Assembly: GCA_902826215.1 (NCBI GenBank)
Contig: CADEDY010000007.1
Location: 23,045 to 87,044 of the forward strand
DNA: 64,000 nt
DNA from: an uncultured Bacteroidota bacterium
GTDB lineage: Bacteria > Bacteroidota > Bacteroidia > Flavobacteriales_F > PHOS-HE28
Reading direction: 5' to 3'
Both the position numbers and the translations under genes were made by a program. The first letter of the stretch is position 1. The number at the start of each line of letters is the position of its first letter. Shown piece after piece: positions 61,781 through 64,000 of the stretch. The notes beneath the pieces are model-generated. The model saw only the letters and a list, made by a program, of their open reading frames with translations, did no database searches and had not been told where the DNA came from.

Positions 61781-61985
61781 TCACAAGACTTTCGTTCAAC
61801 CGAACAAGGTCGATCCAAACAAAAATGGTGTTTACAAGAGTGGATGCTAACGCACTCAATATTACGGTGCGCCAGAACCGGTTCGACCGAAAGAGAACTT
61901 GTGATCCAAGTGCGAACACAATTGTCAGGTTGACCAAGCAGAAGGCCAGTAACAGCGTTATGATGATAAGCCCAACGATAAGCAT
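61752..61985 (-). CDS. Small 2-TM hypothetical protein
   Basis: 77 aa. ATG lies 3 nt after the DUF4442 gene stop. Two hydrophobic helices. Confidence 0.4.
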   Translation of the reverse strand: MLIVGLIIITLLLAFCLVNLTIVFALGSQVLFRSNRFWRTVILSALASTLVNTIFVWIDLVRLNESLVNGETGAYRT

Positions 61986-61988
61986 CGA

Positions 61989-62495
61989 TCATACCTTCGT
62001 TCGCACTTTCGCCCATTCCTTCACCTGCCAGGTGACGGTTCCCGTAGCGAGGTGATTTCCGCTCTGGTCATGGACCTCCACCGTGCTGGTGTAATCCACA
62101 TTGTCGCGGTCCTTCAGCGGACCCATGACCTTCTCGGCGATCTCCGATGCGGCAGGCACACACTTCGCGGTTGCGGGCTGCTTGGCTTGGTAGTGATAGG
62201 CCATGTGCAAGCTGCGCATGATGATCCGGTACTTCTTCGGATCGAGTTGTTCCATCACACTGAGACCGCTGCACATTTCAGAAGCAGTTGCGATGGCGCA
62301 TGCATGTATGCCGTTGATGTGGTTCCGGTTGATGCGCCAATTCGGAATGCGGACCTCGATCCCACCTCCGATCAGTGGCGTTACACGGAACCCATGTGGA
62401 CGGTTGAAAGGGATCATCCAGGCCAAGGCACGGTTCATCCACCATCGGGTGAAGGACGAGGTGCGGGCTTTGGTCAGCAGTGTTGGGAGGTGCAT
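61989..62495 (-). CDS. DUF4442 / hotdog-fold thioesterase-like protein
   Basis: 168 aa. ..FNRPHGFRV..L..G..EV.IP..R.N.NHI.GIHA.A..T..E pattern. Confidence 0.65.
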   Translation of the reverse strand: MHLPTLLTKARTSSFTRWWMNRALAWMIPFNRPHGFRVTPLIGGGIEVRIPNWRINRNHINGIHACAIATASEMCSGLSVMEQLDPKKYRIIMRSLHMAYHYQAKQPATAKCVPAASEIAEKVMGPLKDRDNVDYTSTVEVHDQSGNHLATGTVTWQVKEWAKVRTKV

Positions 62496-62545
62496 GGGAC
62501 GGGACTGGTGAAAGGATCAGCAATGTTCCGTACAGGAGCAATTGC

Positions 62546-62959
62546 TCACTTGTTCAGGATGGTCGCGATGTCCGGCTTGAAGTAACCCGGCCCTTTCATC
62601 ACCTTACCATCCTCGCGGTAGATGGGCTTTCCATCGCCCCCCAACTTGCTCATGTTGCTCCGTTGGATCTCGCGGAATACAGCGTCCATCTTGTCCTCAA
62701 GACCGTGTTTCAACATCGTGCCGCACAGGATGTAGAGGATGTCGCCCAGTGCATCGGCCACCTCGACCAGATCACCTTTCAGCGCGGCTTCGAGGTACTC
62801 CTCGTTCTCTTCTCGGATCAGCTTGTAGCGCAGCAACGCATCCCGATCGCCGATGGCCGCAACCGGAACCGAAGCATTGGGGATCCCGAAGGCATCGTGG
62901 AAGGCGCGAACATGGCTCGTTGCCTCCGACAGCGTGAGGGCTTCTGTGGTGGTTTCCAT
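62546..62959 (-). CDS. MazG-like nucleoside triphosphate pyrophosphohydrolase family protein
   Basis: 137 aa. EENEEYLEA...EVADALGDILY is the EExxE...D metal-binding helix pair. Confidence 0.75.
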   Translation of the reverse strand: METTTEALTLSEATSHVRAFHDAFGIPNASVPVAAIGDRDALLRYKLIREENEEYLEAALKGDLVEVADALGDILYILCGTMLKHGLEDKMDAVFREIQRSNMSKLGGDGKPIYREDGKVMKGPGYFKPDIATILNK

Positions 62960-63110
62960 GCGTTCGAAGATAGCTGCCTCATCCGGTCTTGACCACCTCC
63001 ATCCAGGGACATTCGGTTAACGTTCTTTAACTGGCATTCCACGCGGTCTGCACAACGCTACCAGCACCTTTGCGTTGAACTTCCGGCCACAGGCCGAACA
63101 GCAGGAAAAG

Positions 63111-64000
63111 ATGATCGAAGAAACCCTTTCCAATCCCCCCGGAGCCGTTACCTCGGACAGCATCCGGGCTTTGAACGAACGCATTCAACACGCCAGCGCC
63201 TTCGTGGATCTGATCGATCAGGAAATGAGCAAGGTGATCGTGGGCCAGAAGGACATGATCCAAAAGCTGCTCGTGGCCTTGCTTGCGGATGGTCACATCC
63301 TTCTTGAAGGTGTGCCTGGCCTGGCGAAGACCATGGCGATCAATGCGCTGGCCAAGAGCGTGAACGTGGACTTCAGCCGCATCCAGTTCACTCCGGACCT
63401 TCTGCCTGCCGACCTGATCGGTACGCTGATCTACAGCCAGCGGAGTGAGGAGTTCACCGTGAAGAAGGGACCCATCTTCAGCAATTTCGTTCTGGCGGAT
63501 GAGATCAACCGCGCACCGGCCAAGGTGCAAAGTGCGTTGCTGGAGGCGATGCAAGAGCGTCAAGTGACCATCGGAGCCACCACCTATCCCCTGCCCCAGC
63601 CCTTCCTCGTCCTGGCCACGATGAACCCCATCGAACAAGAGGGTACCTATCCGCTACCCGAAGCGCAGACCGATCGTTTCATGCTCAAGGTGGTGCTGGA
63701 TTATCCGCGCAAGGAAGAGGAAAAGCTGATCATCCGGCAGAACGTTCGCCCGGGTGGCAGTCCGGAACCCCAGCGCGTGGTGGACCCTGAACAGATCCTG
63801 ACCGCTCGCAAACTGGTCCGTGAGGTCTACATGGATGAGAAGATCGAGCAGTACATCGTGGACATCGTTTACGCGACGCGGAAACCCGATCAATACAAGC
63901 TATCCGACCTCACCTCCATGATCGGTTTCGGTGGAAGCCCTCGGGCAAGCATCAACATGGCCCTGGCTGCAAAGGCCTATGCCTTCACCAAGCGTCGGGG
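63111..64000 (+). CDS. moxR: MoxR-family AAA+ ATPase (5' part, runs off the window)
   Basis: My translation from the ATG at 63111 gives ..VIVGQKDMIQKLLVALLADGHILLEGVPGLAKT.. (Walker A), FVLADEINRAPAKVQSALLEAMQERQVT (Walker B/sensor) and ATMNPIEQEGTYPLPEAQTDRF. Absent from the track because it has no stop in the window. Confidence 0.9.
   Translation, partial: MIEETLSNPPGAVTSDSIRALNERIQHASAFVDLIDQEMSKVIVGQKDMIQKLLVALLADGHILLEGVPGLAKTMAINALAKSVNVDFSRIQFTPDLLPADLIGTLIYSQRSEEFTVKKGPIFSNFVLADEINRAPAKVQSALLEAMQERQVTIGATTYPLPQPFLVLATMNPIEQEGTYPLPEAQTDRFMLKVVLDYPRKEEEKLIIRQNVRPGGSPEPQRVVDPEQILTARKLVREVYMDEKIEQYIVDIVYATRKPDQYKLSDLTSMIGFGGSPRASINMALAAKAYAFTKRR

Noticed and set aside
63027-63638. 203-aa minus-strand ORF
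   Set aside because: It is antisense to the edge-truncated moxR gene, whose Walker A/B motifs are clear in the plus frame.

Overview
GC-rich, tightly packed chromosomal segment. It looks like Bacteroidota, probably Flavobacteriia-like: gldF/gldG/gldI-type gliding genes, T9SS C-terminal sorting domains, TAnnTTTG-type -7 promoter boxes and many ATGA start/stop overlaps. All family calls come from reading motifs by eye; no searches were run.

Most of the window is core housekeeping:
- Oxidative stress: katG with divergent oxyR, and yaaA.
- Replication and repair: dnaN, dnaA, ligA, and recF with a DUF721 gene. These are scattered, not clustered.
- Metabolism: dapA, ribD, ribH, ndk, prmC.
- Envelope and gliding: gldF, gldG plus a DUF4340 gene, FKBP isomerases and a LemA-TPM-TPM string.
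- A partial moxR at the right edge.

I recognised no rRNA, tRNA, CRISPR array, transposase or integrase.

Items worth a second look:
1. A giant T9SS beta-helix adhesin (1..5021) is split by a 1-nt frameshift in a C5 homopolymer. Its 3' half is missing from the ORF track because it runs off the window edge.
2. A translationally coupled four-gene cassette (36.2-40.3 kb) has no obvious pathway assignment: a wHTH/nucleotidyltransferase-like protein, a B12-binding radical SAM enzyme and two SAM methyltransferases. This is the best candidate for an undescribed system, though the evidence is only architecture and motifs.
3. A histidine-less membrane ORF resembling cytochrome-oxidase subunit I sits inside the gldF-gldG operon and has different codon usage.
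4. A malate-synthase-fold protein with rewritten canonical motifs lies next to an AlkB-type hydroxylase.
5. Two DnaA boxes lie upstream of dnaN, while the dnaA upstream region has none.
6. A start-less gene remnant downstream of dnaA is broken at an 11-nt tandem near-repeat.

Many long ORFs in the track are antisense artefacts of GC-rich coding DNA and were rejected.
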